From contig CP070751.1 of the NCBI GenBank assembly GCA_020348445.1, positions 407,772 to 471,771 on the forward strand: 64,000 nucleotides of DNA. Direction: 5' to 3'. How positions within the stretch are numbered: position 1 is the stretch's first letter; each line of letters opens with the position of its first letter. Positions 55,227-64,000 of the stretch are shown here, in pieces. The position numbers were made by a program, and so were the translations under genes. The notes under the pieces were generated by a model. That model had not been told where the DNA came from. It saw only the letters and a list, made by a program, of their open reading frames with translations, and did not search any database. This DNA comes from Thermoplasmata archaeon (GTDB taxonomy: Archaea; Thermoplasmatota; Thermoplasmata; GCA-020350865).

Positions 55227-56597
55227 TTATTTCTCACAAAAGGTCTGGTGTATCGCTGAGATCGTCTTTTTTAAATCAATTCTTTTAATTATGAAATGTG
55301 AAGCCACTGACGAAGCTCCTGCCGAGATCATCTCCACATTGACTCCAGCTTTGGAGACAGCAGAGAATATCTTACCTGCCAGTCCTCTATTTTCCCGTGA
55401 GCCTTCACCCACAACACATACAAGTGCTATATCGCTTAGATGGTCTATATGTTCAATTACACCGCCCTGGACTCCATTTAGGGCTTCATTGCAAATTGAA
55501 AGGTCATTTTTATGGATTAAAAGGCTGAGCTGGGTATGGGATGTTGAAACTGAATAGATATTTATATTGGAGTCACCCAGGGTGCTTGTAACTTCCTTTA
55601 ACACTCCTGGCCTGTATCCTGCACCAGCACCCGATACCTTTATTTCTATTAGGTCTTTTGAATACACCACACTTTTTATGACTTTTTCCGTCTTAAATCC
55701 CGTTTTTTCTATGGTGGTACCGTCTTTGTTAGGTTTCAATATATTTTTGATGACAATGGGTATATCCTTCTCTCTTGCAGGTTGTACAGTCCTGGGATGC
55801 AAAAGTCCTATTCCAAAATAGGCAAGCTCCGCAGCCTCATCATAGGAGAGCCTTTGGATGGTATGGGCATTTTCAATGATACTTGGATTGGCGCTCATGA
55901 ATCCATCCACATCCTTCCAAAGCTCCAGTATGTCAGCATTCAATGCATTAGCGATAACGGCAGCACTGTAGTCTGAGCCGTTTTTTCCGAATGTGGTGGT
56001 CCTCCCTTTTGAATCGCAGCCAAAAAATCCAGTGATCACTGGGATGGTACCCTTTTGAATACCGGGAAGGATGTTCTTTTTAAGATTCTCTTTGGTCTTA
56101 ATAAGATCCGCGGTGGCATTTAAGAAAATCCCGTCCGTCACAACACCCGCCAAATCCGCCTCATAGGCCTTGGCCTTGACATTCTTTGAGAGCAGCATAC
56201 CTTCCATGATATAGGCACTTGCGCGCTCCCCAAAGCTGAGTATTAGGTCCTTTGTGCGGGGCGTGAGTTCCTCTGTATAGACAACACCGTATAATAGCCG
56301 CTCCAATCTTAAAATGTGCTTGTTTAGGGTCTCGAGGATATCCTTTAAGACCGTTTTATCTGAAATGGTTTTCTTGACCATGAAAGTGTGTCTTTTCCAT
56401 ATCTTTTTTATGAATTCATCCACTTCATGCCTTTTAATTCTGGATTGTGCGATAAATTCCCTGATTTCGTTTGTCTGGCCAGAAAGAGCCGATACCACCA
56501 CGACCTTTTTTCCCTTCTCTTTTTGGATGATATTTCCGACATCCTTCATCATCTTGGGGTCCTTTATGGTGGCGCCACCGAATTTCATGACCTTCAT
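55227..56597 (-). CDS. lysC: Aspartate kinase with two ACT domains
   Basis: KFGG, VVVSA..G.T, S.GE..SA, V.TGF.G, GSDYSAA, WKDVDG...NP, SY.EA.ELA.FG..LHP and ACT domains. Confidence 0.93.
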   Translation of the reverse strand: MKVMKFGGATIKDPKMMKDVGNIIQKEKGKKVVVVSALSGQTNEIREFIAQSRIKRHEVDEFIKKIWKRHTFMVKKTISDKTVLKDILETLNKHILRLERLLYGVVYTEELTPRTKDLILSFGERASAYIMEGMLLSKNVKAKAYEADLAGVVTDGIFLNATADLIKTKENLKKNILPGIQKGTIPVITGFFGCDSKGRTTTFGKNGSDYSAAVIANALNADILELWKDVDGFMSANPSIIENAHTIQRLSYDEAAELAYFGIGLLHPRTVQPAREKDIPIVIKNILKPNKDGTTIEKTGFKTEKVIKSVVYSKDLIEIKVSGAGAGYRPGVLKEVTSTLGDSNINIYSVSTSHTQLSLLIHKNDLSICNEALNGVQGGVIEHIDHLSDIALVCVVGEGSRENRGLAGKIFSAVSKAGVNVEMISAGASSVASHFIIKRIDLKKTISAIHQTFCEK

Positions 56598-56674
56598 AGG
56601 TACACCTTTTCTGTTGCCGTATTCTCATCTTCTGTCATCCATTATTATACTAATTACAATATCTTATCAATGAA

Positions 56675-57796
56675 TTAAATGTAACCCTCCATTTCAGCCA
56701 GCTCTGCATTCATTATGGAGCATCCAGCAGCCCCTCTTACTGTATTATGTATTAAAAGGTAGAACCGTATTTTGCCATGGATCCTTTTTATTCGGCCGAT
56801 TGTGACGGCCATACCCCTTGCCCTTTCAGGCTCTCCATTGTAAACATCAAATATTGGTTGGGGCCTGCTTTCATCTTCGGTTACGATAATGGGCCTTTTT
56901 GGTGACGTAGGAGTTTTATTATCAAGACCTTCATAACCAGATAGAGCTCTTTTTACCTCCTCTTCTGAAACATCTTCCTTAAAATCCACCAAAACGGACT
57001 CAAGATGTCCGTCTCTTACAGGAACCCGTGCACAGCTTGCATATACATTGATAGGTGAATGTTCTATCCCAGAATCTGTCAATTTACCCAGTATCTTCCT
57101 GCATTCCACCTCGATTTTCTCCTCCTCGGATTGAATATATGGAACTATATTTCCCGTAATGTCCAGGGAGGGCACACCAGGATATCCAGCTCCCGAGAGG
57201 GCCTGGTAGGTGGTAACGACCACGCTCTTTATTCCAAAGGCCTCATGAAGCGGTTTTAAGGCCGTGGCAAGGCCTGTTACAGAGCAGTTGGCATTGGTCA
57301 CCACATACCCGGATTTTGTCTTCTTTTGATGCTCCACAAGAGCCAGATGATCTGGATTGATATCGGCGATAAGCAGGGGAACATAATCTGCCATACGATT
57401 GGCACTGGCATTTGAGAAAACGAAAAAACCCAAAGATGCCAGATCCATTTCCACATCCTTGGCTATTTTAGGCGGCAGGGCGCTGAATATCAGTTTTATT
57501 TCCTTATCCTTGAAGGTTTTAGGATGGATTTGCTCCACATTCATCTCGCCTATTCCCTCGGGCATTATTTCCTTTAATCTCCAGCTTGCTATATCCCTAT
57601 AAATATGACCCTGGGATTTTCCTGAAGCTACCACAACTCGCAAATCGAACCACGGATGGCCCCAAAGAAGCGCAACAAATCTTTGTCCCACGGCTCCTGT
57701 GGCTCCAATTACCGCAACTGGGATTTTATCCAGATTCTCACGACCCTGACATTCACGATATATAGAATATTTTCTTTTTTTCATTCCAGATAGCAT
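56675..57796 (-). CDS. asd: Aspartate-semialdehyde dehydrogenase (archaeal type; true start probably later)
   Basis: GATG.VGQRF, SNASA.RM...VPL, NANC, YQA.SGAG, EE.K...E, C.RVPV..GH and HNT.RGAAG. Confidence 0.95.
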   Translation of the reverse strand: MLSGMKKRKYSIYRECQGRENLDKIPVAVIGATGAVGQRFVALLWGHPWFDLRVVVASGKSQGHIYRDIASWRLKEIMPEGIGEMNVEQIHPKTFKDKEIKLIFSALPPKIAKDVEMDLASLGFFVFSNASANRMADYVPLLIADINPDHLALVEHQKKTKSGYVVTNANCSVTGLATALKPLHEAFGIKSVVVTTYQALSGAGYPGVPSLDITGNIVPYIQSEEEKIEVECRKILGKLTDSGIEHSPINVYASCARVPVRDGHLESVLVDFKEDVSEEEVKRALSGYEGLDNKTPTSPKRPIIVTEDESRPQPIFDVYNGEPERARGMAVTIGRIKRIHGKIRFYLLIHNTVRGAAGCSIMNAELAEMEGYI

Positions 57797-57927
57797 CTTT
57801 TATTAAATAAACTTTTTACTGAAAATATCGGGTCGTGAAAATGGGGTGATTTATAATAAATATATCAATTATATAACTTCCTCTATGTAACGAATCGATA
57901 TTTAGAGAAAATAGGGTGGTATTTTTT

Positions 57928-58092
57928 CATGGCGCCCCACCCAAGGCGCTCGGTAGTAAGGGGAGCTTGACGATGAAAGGACAGTTGAGTTCCTTAGTGT
58001 TGGAGATGAAGAGAATCATGGATATCTGATGTTTCAGATTTTTATCAGCTTGCCCTTTCTTCAACACCTCCCCTTAGGGCTCAAGCCCTTGG
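57928..58092 (-). ncRNA. Structured leader element, copy B (no large gene attached)
   Basis: Hairpin, GGGGAGGUGU, long nested stem, GAGCGCC-UUGGGUG-GGGCGC, then AUG. Homologous to copies A and C. Confidence 0.55.
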
Positions 58093-58329
58093 TACTTAAT
58101 TGTCTTGCCAGATATATAAAATTTTCGAATCAATTTTATTTATTAATATTAACTTATTAACATTATCTTAACTTTTATTTAAATCGAAACAAAATAATAA
58201 AATATCCAGATGATAAAAATAATTGAATTTGCCCCGATTTTGCCGAAAATCCCCTCTAATCTCTTGATTTTCTTTAAAAAATATAAAAAAAGGAAGAAGG
58301 TTTAGGGTGGACATTAGCGTTCCAATAGT

Positions 58330-60243
58330 TCAATGTATTATTCTCACTGTGTCGGATCCTTCAAAAGACATGCCGCCAATAAGCTGTCCCGTGACCTTGA
58401 ATTCAGCAGGTCTTCCGTAGCCTCCTCCTACTACCAGATCCTCAAGATCACCGCGGTCGAACTTCACATTCAAAGAGTCCCCTGTCAGTGTTGGATTTTC
58501 GGCCGGAATAATACTCTCCAGATACATTGTTGCTGGATCAATATCTGCCTCATCATAACCATCTGGCAGCTTGATTATGCACGAGACCCATTTGCCATTG
58601 CTCTTGAGATTCAATGTCTCTGGGTGGATCTCTATATCTGCGGGAATCAATTTTATCAATTGGGTCAGATAAGCCTTTGCACCCCACAATTGCAGGGTCT
58701 GGGTCCAGTAGGCCCTAACGCCTGTTAAGTTGGTACCTGGTTTGACCCACACTCCAAAGTGCACCCACTCGCAGTGCTCAATGGGATGGTCCGGGTCCTT
58801 CCATATGATTTCTGTACCTTTTCCGCTGGGAAGCCAGGTGATATGCGGTGGAGTTCCCCATCCGCCGTATAAAGTGGGTCCCCAAGTCTTGTTCACCCAG
58901 TAATAGCTGGGAGCCTTTCCCTTCCAGTACCATTTATCTATGTCCGATGGCTGCACCCCGAATAGCTCCAACTCGAAATTATCGACTTTCTCATGGTAGT
59001 CGTTGTGTACGTCGAAGTTAACCAACTGGCCGACTATGGTCGGAGTGCTATTGGCCTCTATTATGGCTTCATTGACAAAATGGCCCTCGATGATATTGGG
59101 AGTGGATCCAAATGCCACAGTGTAGCGAACCAAAACAGCTCTATCGCCTGGATTGGTGGGAATATCATACTCCAAAACATCACCGGCTTCCATTATGGCT
59201 GGGTCCCTGATTCCATCTCCATCCATGTCCACATCTATCTCTTCCCAAGGTAACATCTCTGTCCCATCCCATGTGAGGTCATCCAACGGGATTTCGTCCT
59301 GAAGGACCACGAAGTCACGGAGAAGTGCCGCGGGCTCTGGGTGCGGTTCGCCGGCCGGGGGTTCTGGCTCGTATACAATAAAATCTGTTACTCCTCCGGA
59401 AAATTGTCTCCAGAACTGAATTGGTGCTGGAATGCGCTTTACCTTCTTCTCCAGTCTGAGGGCAACACCGAAATGGATCCACTCGCATGGCTGAACAGGA
59501 TGACCCGGGTCTATCCATTCTATCTCTATGCCACCTGGTATAGTGTTAATCTGCGGTGGTGCGCCCCAACCCCCATACCATACTGTTCCAAGGGATGTGT
59601 TGTACCGGGTAGGTGGACCTGCTGGATCGTAGACATAGAGAATATCGTCTGGTTCTATATTGCCGTAAAGCTCCAGCTCGAAGTTGTCAATGGGTTCGTG
59701 ATAGTCGTTGTGAACGTCGAAGTTCGAAAGGGAGCCCCTAATGGCTGGGGGACTTCCTCTCTCGAGTATGGCCTCGTTGATGAAATGTGCCTCGATCACA
59801 TCGGGAGAAGATTCCCACGCCACTGAGTATCGAACTAAAACTGCATTGTCGTTATCGGTAATGGGTATTGTTACCCTTATTTCTCCGTTTAAGGGTATTA
59901 ATGCGCCTGGGTATGGATCTATCTCAACCCAATGTTGTCGCAGTATTTCTGGGTCCTGTATTGTGAGATGGTTTAGTGGAATTGCCATATCTGCCACAGC
60001 ATACTCGCGCTGAACATATACTCCATCATCAGTTCCTGGTGGATCGAAGAATATGATGTCCTCAACACCGATTACAGCTTCCCCTGTTGGATCTGTAGGG
60101 TCCCTTACGATTCGCCACTTCTGCCACGGGACCGGGATCTTTTTCACTTTCTTTACATCATAATCTCCCGCTGTGGGAGTCACGAATAGCGCCATTGCTA
60201 CCAATGCTAAACAAAGCAACACGCTTATCGCTTTTCCTCGCAT
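58330..60243 (-). CDS. Secreted protein with two copies of a ~235-aa unknown domain and a C-terminal TLN..K..G.W...FDR domain
   Basis: Signal peptide; duplicated AVLVRY.VA...IE.HF.NEAI, NFDVHNDYHE..DNFELEL.G, YGGWG.PP.I and CEW.HFGV. Confidence 0.85.
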   Translation of the reverse strand: MRGKAISVLLCLALVAMALFVTPTAGDYDVKKVKKIPVPWQKWRIVRDPTDPTGEAVIGVEDIIFFDPPGTDDGVYVQREYAVADMAIPLNHLTIQDPEILRQHWVEIDPYPGALIPLNGEIRVTIPITDNDNAVLVRYSVAWESSPDVIEAHFINEAILERGSPPAIRGSLSNFDVHNDYHEPIDNFELELYGNIEPDDILYVYDPAGPPTRYNTSLGTVWYGGWGAPPQINTIPGGIEIEWIDPGHPVQPCEWIHFGVALRLEKKVKRIPAPIQFWRQFSGGVTDFIVYEPEPPAGEPHPEPAALLRDFVVLQDEIPLDDLTWDGTEMLPWEEIDVDMDGDGIRDPAIMEAGDVLEYDIPTNPGDRAVLVRYTVAFGSTPNIIEGHFVNEAIIEANSTPTIVGQLVNFDVHNDYHEKVDNFELELFGVQPSDIDKWYWKGKAPSYYWVNKTWGPTLYGGWGTPPHITWLPSGKGTEIIWKDPDHPIEHCEWVHFGVWVKPGTNLTGVRAYWTQTLQLWGAKAYLTQLIKLIPADIEIHPETLNLKSNGKWVSCIIKLPDGYDEADIDPATMYLESIIPAENPTLTGDSLNVKFDRGDLEDLVVGGGYGRPAEFKVTGQLIGGMSFEGSDTVRIIH

Positions 60244-60288
60244 CTGTTTTCACCTCCTCCCTGCGAAGGGATTATTGGTTTTTTTTGT

Positions 60289-60452
60289 CATTGCGCCCCA
60301 CCTCGGCGCTCAATATTGGGGGATTGTTATTTAAGAACCCTTTTGTTAAGTTATTAAGAGATATTCTAAAAATCACTGATATCCTGGCTATGAGATTAAC
60401 TTCACAAGTTCTCTTTCTCTCTGACACCTCCCCCCAAAGGCATTTGCCTTGG
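60289..60452 (-). ncRNA. Structured leader element, copy A (upstream of 60243)
   Basis: Same layout as B and C; GAGCGCCGAGGUGGGGCGC-A-AUG. Confidence 0.6.
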
Positions 60453-60968
60453 CAGTTGATTGCAATGAAAATACTTAATATTTTCGTATATATATAAATT
60501 AAAAATTATATTAACAATCTCGCATTTGTATTACACTTTTACATTCTTTTTTGTTACAACTTTGCAATACAGCGCCTTATCTATGGTAAACACTTTAATG
60601 AAAAATCGATAATGCGTTCTTTGGGGGAGATGTAAATTGGGAGAGCGAATTATAAGTTGGGATTAAAGGAACCAAACCAACATATTCAAACTCTCGAAAT
60701 CTATATCAAAGCCCTGGGATATTTTTCCACCCCCCCCAAAGTTTTTCCACGCGAAGATTTGTATGGAATAGAAATATATAAAAGTTGCGAAGAGGCAATA
60801 TGATATTGTTATTTTTTTCTTTTATATTTAACTATATATTAAATCAACTCTTTAAAATAAAAATGCCAGACCTGAAAATTTATAACAAAATAGTTGAAGA
60901 TATGATAACCAGTTTTAAGGCTTCTAAATAAAAAAAGAAAAAAGTGAAAGATGCGTGGGTTGGGCTTA

Positions 60969-62048
60969 TCATTTGACTCTAAAGGCATTGCTTTCCCCCT
61001 CGAATTCTGTACCATCAACGAACTTTCCTGTGATTTTTATGTTGTATACACCTGGTGGAAAGACGTCTTCCATTTCGCTGCGATCGAACTTGACCATTCG
61101 TTCAAGTATACCGTCATTGTCTTCATCCTTGATGTAACCGTCCTCTGACTTCACGAACCCGTATTTCTCATTTAATTCCGGCGGAATCGATTTTTCCATG
61201 AGGATCGTTTTTGGATTTATATCTCTGACAGATAATGTGTCATTGATTTCGATATAGACGGTGACCCAATTTCCGCGCACACCTCCAGTTTTAAGGATGT
61301 TCAGTGTTGGAGGATTTATTTCTACACCAATAACAGTAACAGGAGGTACCTCTTTGGTGATGATCCCAAATCCCATATCCAGCGAATCGCCAGTCTCGGG
61401 GTCCCTCAGTTCCTCCCATGTTATCGAATTGGGATCTCCGCCGGCCCAGTATCCCCAGACCGCATCATCCTCCCATTGAACATTAGAGGTCTTCCAGCCC
61501 CAAATGCCACCGGTGGCCGTTACCTGAATGTCAAGCCAATAGATAGTTCCCAATTCCTGATAGTAGGCATCACCATCAGGGATGGTAACTTGATATTCGT
61601 ACCAAAATTCATGATCATCCAAGTTCCATACATCATTATGGGGATCAAGCCAATTCTGCGTTGAATTAATTTGTGGTAGTATGTAGTCTGGCAGTGCGTT
61701 GTAGGACCACAGCTCATCACCCGGTTTACTGAAAAGAGGGCCAGGGCCATCCGGATCAGGGATATTTTCGTGAAGGCTCAGATGCACGTTCGTGATAATA
61801 CCTATTTGATCCTCTTCCCATGATCCCCAAAAACGAATTCCTACAATCAATCCGCTCTTGTTGCAAGGAAAGTCATCTGCCAAGATTGCAGGCCAGGTGG
61901 CGTTCACGTCCCAGCCACCTGGATTCGGCGACTGTAAATACATGGGTTCAACCAAGGGATCGCCGCTCACAGTTCTCATTTCTGGTAAAACTGCACAGGT
62001 ACCAATCAACAAAACACAGACCAAAATTCCAACTATTTCCTCTCTCAT
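60969..62048 (-). CDS. Secreted protein with a DUF7901-like domain and the same C-terminal domain as 58330-60243
   Basis: Signal peptide; ILADDF.C..SG.I..I.FWGSW, YYQ..GTIYWLDI and WGWKTS (resembles DUF7901, recalled). C-terminal PPTLN...GNWV...VKFDR...TG...G..FEG. Confidence 0.75.
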   Translation of the reverse strand: MREEIVGILVCVLLIGTCAVLPEMRTVSGDPLVEPMYLQSPNPGGWDVNATWPAILADDFPCNKSGLIVGIRFWGSWEEDQIGIITNVHLSLHENIPDPDGPGPLFSKPGDELWSYNALPDYILPQINSTQNWLDPHNDVWNLDDHEFWYEYQVTIPDGDAYYQELGTIYWLDIQVTATGGIWGWKTSNVQWEDDAVWGYWAGGDPNSITWEELRDPETGDSLDMGFGIITKEVPPVTVIGVEINPPTLNILKTGGVRGNWVTVYIEINDTLSVRDINPKTILMEKSIPPELNEKYGFVKSEDGYIKDEDNDGILERMVKFDRSEMEDVFPPGVYNIKITGKFVDGTEFEGESNAFRVK

Positions 62049-62153
62049 TTTTTTATCACCTCCTCCCTGGCTTTGGGATTATTGGTTTTTTGACACATCG
62101 CTGTGCTCATCTTTCACACAGCAAATGCCGCGATTTGCCCGTGCAAATCCTGC

Positions 62154-62314
62154 CATAGCGCCCCACCTCGGCGCTCATTAATGGGAAGGCTGATTAAAAA
62201 AGAGCAAATTGTTCTTAAAATTGGAGATATGATCATTTATATTGTAAATATCTGGATTGTTTGATTAGAACCATCTGCTCCAATTCTCTCTGACACCTCC
62301 CCCCTAGTTTCTAG
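62154..62314 (-). ncRNA. Structured leader element, copy C (upstream of 62048)
   Basis: Same layout as A and B; GAGCGCCGAGGUGGGGCGC-U-AUG. Confidence 0.6.
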
Positions 62315-62443
62315 GATGCAAAAGGAAATTGCGATATAAATACTTAAATCTTATGTAATTGAATAAAATGTTTTAAACAATGTGCCAATAGAAAAGTATT
62401 TATTTCAAACATGGTTTATGAGGTTTGGGGGAGTAATACGATA

Positions 62444-64000
62444 GTGGCAAGGGACGTTACTCAAAGGATCATATATACTTCAATCCTAGCACTGGTACTT
62501 ACAATCTGCATTCTCATACCTAGCCCAATACCCGCCGATTTTGAATACAGGGCAGATTACCCAACAGGCAACGGACCCCATGCAGCACGCCTTGCAGATT
62601 TGGACGATGACGATGATTTGGATATCGTTACCTCAGATTACTATGCAGACAAGGTCTCGGTGCTGTTAAATGATGGCGAGGGAATATTTTCCAAGGAGAG
62701 TGAATATGTAACAGGTGACGGCCCCAGATCGTTTTTTCTTGCCGATGTGGATAACGATTTTGATGAGGATATCGTCACAGCCAATTATATTGATGATACA
62801 GTATCGGTCTTAAAAAACCATGGAAATGGCGCCTTCGCTCCAAAGGTAGATTATGATGCGGGTGCCGGCCCCTTCTACATTTTCTTGGCTGATGTCGGTG
62901 AGGATGCAAACAATGATTTGGATATTATCACGGCAGATGATCAGGACGATCGAGTCTCGGTTCTGGAAAACGACGGCAGCGGAGCTTTTTCCAATAGAAA
63001 CAGCTATCAGGTGGGATCCAGACCAAAGGGTGTGTTTTGTGCCGATCTAAACGACGATGGCAAAAGCGACATAGCATGTGCCAATTGGGCAGATTACACT
63101 GTCTCGATTCTTTTTAACAAAGGGGACGGCACATTTAAAAGTGAGATAAATTACGACACCGGCAGGGGCCCGCGTTCGATTTTTCTTGCGGATGTAAATG
63201 GGGATGAATATCCCGATCTTGTCACTGCAAATCAGTACGACAACACCACCTCGATCTTGATTAACAATGGGGACGAAACCTTCAAATCCAAGGTCGATTA
63301 CACTGTGGGTACCAATCCATTATCAATTCTTTTAAGCGACATAGACTATGACAATGATAACGACATCTTGACAACGAATCTACATGACAACACGATATCA
63401 GTTCTGAAAAATGATGGACAGGGGAATTTCCAGTCAAGAATCGATTACAGTACGGACCGTGGCCCATATTCTGTCGTCTTGGGAGATGTAAACGGTGATG
63501 ATGAAGTGGATCTTGTCACAGCCAATAACTATGCCGACACAGTTTCAGTACGCTATTCCCACTTCCCCTCATCGATTATGGTAACACAACCTGATGGAGC
63601 AAATGACATTACCGACACTTCCTATATGATAACGTGGGAGGATTGCTATCCATACGGCGAGGCAACAATAACACTTTACTGGGATGATAATGGAAATGGT
63701 CTTGATGGAACCGAAATTGCAGGCAGTCTTTCCGAAGATGACGATGGTATTGGAGGAAGATATTATTGGAACATCTCAAACATGCCTGAAGGTGATTATT
63801 GGATCTATGCAAAAATTGATGATGGAGTATATGAGCCCAGCTATGATTACTCCCCAGGTCCGCTCACCATTGACTACTCCCAATCATCCAACTCGCCTCC
63901 AACATTTCAAATAATCGAGCCCGATGGAAACGGAGATTTCGCAGATATCGAGTTCACAATAATGTGGATGGATTCAGATCCCGATGATGACGCTGCAATT
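62444..64000 (+). CDS. Secreted FG-GAP/VCBS repeat protein with Ig-like domains, truncated by the window edge (absent from the ORF track)
   Basis: Open frame from GTG 62444 (or ATG 62411): MARDVTQRIIYTSILALVLTICILIPS...LADLDDDDDLDIVTSDY..VSVLLNDG.G repeats, ending ...MWMDSDPDDDAAI with no stop. Confidence 0.85.
   Translation, partial: MARDVTQRIIYTSILALVLTICILIPSPIPADFEYRADYPTGNGPHAARLADLDDDDDLDIVTSDYYADKVSVLLNDGEGIFSKESEYVTGDGPRSFFLADVDNDFDEDIVTANYIDDTVSVLKNHGNGAFAPKVDYDAGAGPFYIFLADVGEDANNDLDIITADDQDDRVSVLENDGSGAFSNRNSYQVGSRPKGVFCADLNDDGKSDIACANWADYTVSILFNKGDGTFKSEINYDTGRGPRSIFLADVNGDEYPDLVTANQYDNTTSILINNGDETFKSKVDYTVGTNPLSILLSDIDYDNDNDILTTNLHDNTISVLKNDGQGNFQSRIDYSTDRGPYSVVLGDVNGDDEVDLVTANNYADTVSVRYSHFPSSIMVTQPDGANDITDTSYMITWEDCYPYGEATITLYWDDNGNGLDGTEIAGSLSEDDDGIGGRYYWNISNMPEGDYWIYAKIDDGVYEPSYDYSPGPLTIDYSQSSNSPPTFQIIEPDGNGDFADIEFTIMWMDSDPDDDAAI

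Noticed and set aside
57921-58070. Short open frames spanning leader copies B (46 aa) and A (51 aa)
   Set aside because: The frame is broken in copy C and shifted between A and B, and the peptides are dissimilar. Conservation fits RNA structure, not coding.
60500-60950. 450-nt AT-rich gap between two secreted-protein genes
   Set aside because: No convincing ORF, repeat or stable structure was seen. It is treated as terminator/promoter spacer.

Overview
This is archaeal DNA, most consistent with an uncultivated Thermoplasmata lineage. The supporting evidence is GGAGG/GGTGA Shine-Dalgarno sites, an archaeal AroA'/AroB' shikimate route, GHMP-type shikimate kinase, a ThiDN fusion, HMG-CoA synthase-thiolase-DUF35, geranylgeranyl reductase and a DUF835 regulator. 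About half of the window encodes large modular secreted or membrane-anchored proteins (FG-GAP propellers, PKD, lamin-tail, VWA, beta-helix and Ca-binding acidic repeats) at 192-15325, 20186-22594, 37508-40090, 49174-53569 and 58330-64000. The middle is housekeeping and metabolic. No rRNA, tRNA, CRISPR array or transposase was found. The strongest leads are four. (1) A tightly packed shikimate operon lacks EPSP synthase but contains a divergent chorismate synthase, an acyl-CoA-ligase-family enzyme and a UbiA prenyltransferase, suggesting an undescribed route to a prenylated aromatic. (2) A roughly 165-nt non-coding leader occurs three times with patchy sequence identity but the same nested base pairing, a candidate new archaeal cis-regulatory RNA. 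(3) A kinase-free 7xPAS-GAF-DUF835-wHTH regulator has a perfect 16-bp palindrome at its promoter. (4) Several domain insertions sit nested inside other domains of surface proteins. All assignments are by eye from motifs; no searches were run.
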